From positions 1-41,267 of IMG/VR virus record IMGVR_UViG_3300033076_001172: 41,267 nt of DNA; one strand, 5' to 3'. The position numbers were made by a program, and so were the translations under genes. This DNA comes from a virus (Duplodnaviria > Caudoviricetes). Below the pieces are notes generated by a model. It saw only the letters and a list, made by a program, of their open reading frames with translations, was not told where the DNA came from and searched no databases. Below are positions 40,458 to 41,267 of the stretch, in pieces (positions within the stretch are counted from its first letter, which is position 1; each line of letters begins with the position of its first letter).

Positions 40458-40669
40458 AGATCAAGAGGGGCGACTACGAATTCAGCGAGAGGCAGTTGGA
40501 CATCCTCCCGCTGGTGGCGGAAGGGCTGATGAACGCCGAGATCGGTAAGCGCCTGTTCATCAGCACCGCGTGCGTGCGGGACCACATGACGATCCTGATG
40601 AACACGTTCGGGGCGCGCAATCGCACGCATGTCGTCGCGATCGCACTGCGTTCGGGGGTGATCGAGTGA
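40454..40669 (+). CDS. Stand-alone LuxR/GerE-family HTH transcription regulator
   Basis: FSERQLDILPLVAEGLMNAEIGKRLFISTACVRDHM...GARNRTHVVAIALRSGVI. Confidence 0.9.
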   Translation: MKIKRGDYEFSERQLDILPLVAEGLMNAEIGKRLFISTACVRDHMTILMNTFGARNRTHVVAIALRSGVIE

Positions 40670-41214
40670 ACGATCAGAAAGAGGTGAACCTCGCGCTGCG
40701 CGTCGCGATCGAGGCGGTGAAGGCGCACACCGAGTGCGATCCCCTGACGTGCGGCGGATTCGGCCTCGATCGGTGTGCGCTCGGCAGTGCACTCGATGAA
40801 CTCACCAGCTACCAACGCAGCGCCGGGTACATCGTCGCTCCGCACATCTGGGTGCTACGGACGTGGGCTGACGTGCGGCGCGGGGATGTGGTGCGGATGC
40901 CCGGCCAGGAAGCCACCGCCGCCGAGGTGATGGAGCTGACCACCCTGAGCTGGCACGTGAACGACATCCCGCCGGAGGGCATGACGCCGGAGGAGGCCGA
41001 GAGGTTCGCGCGCGACGTGCAGTACCGCCCGAACGAGCACGCCGGCGAATGGACGGCGCGCTCGGTGACGCTTCGCCCGCTGTCCGCCGACGATCCCGCC
41101 GCCCGGCATCGCATCCCGAACGTCAATCCGGCGGCGCCCGTGGAGATCCGTTTGACGCAGGCGGAGGTGGACGCGATCGAATTGCTTGGCGGATGGGCGC
41201 AACGTGTGCAATAA
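40666..41214 (+). CDS. Hypothetical protein
   Basis: GTGA overlap with the LuxR-type gene and a TWADVRRGDVVR motif. Confidence 0.7.
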   Translation: MNDQKEVNLALRVAIEAVKAHTECDPLTCGGFGLDRCALGSALDELTSYQRSAGYIVAPHIWVLRTWADVRRGDVVRMPGQEATAAEVMELTTLSWHVNDIPPEGMTPEEAERFARDVQYRPNEHAGEWTARSVTLRPLSADDPAARHRIPNVNPAAPVEIRLTQAEVDAIELLGGWAQRVQ

Positions 41215-41267
41215 TCTGAGACGCAAGAATCGAACGCACAGAATCGAGGGGCGATGAAGATCGAGCA

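Noticed and set aside
41254-41267. Gene starting at ATG 41254
   Set aside because: If the genome is circular this gives only MKIEQ-stop overlapping the helicase GTG. If it is not circular the ORF is truncated. It cannot be supported either way.

Overview
High-GC actinobacterial siphovirus-type phage genome, probably complete and circularly permuted. The host may be a Micromonosporaceae/Streptomyces-like actinomycete; this is inferred from the lysin, DUF397 and Spd-like genes. Two arms diverge at ~38,990 and converge at a bidirectional hairpin at ~9,600. The rightward arm (39,024 to the end, then 1-9,570) carries a LuxR-type HTH protein, SF2 helicase, PD-(D/E)xK exonuclease, a structured RNA cluster with two tRNA-like elements, an SSB-like protein, DUF397, a permuted papain-like protein, an Spd-like membrane protein and a C5 methyltransferase. 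The leftward arm carries primase-polymerase, an iteron origin, RusA, terminase, portal, ClpP-like protease, HK97-type capsid, tail genes, tape measure and lysin. I recognised no integrase, protein repressor or ParA. The most striking features are non-coding. (1) At least 11 genes have an invariant GAGGGGCGAA just before the start codon. A separate ~55-nt promoter-hairpin-U-tract unit at 39,267-39,334 shows the exact complement in its loop, suggesting a trans-acting sRNA that controls a translational regulon. (2) A dispersed TTGCGC-N17-TAGATT promoter family with a CGCAAGAATC-type operator drives small cassettes inserted through the genome. (3) A consensus promoter drives a ~390-nt highly structured RNA. 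All calls were made by eye, without database searches.
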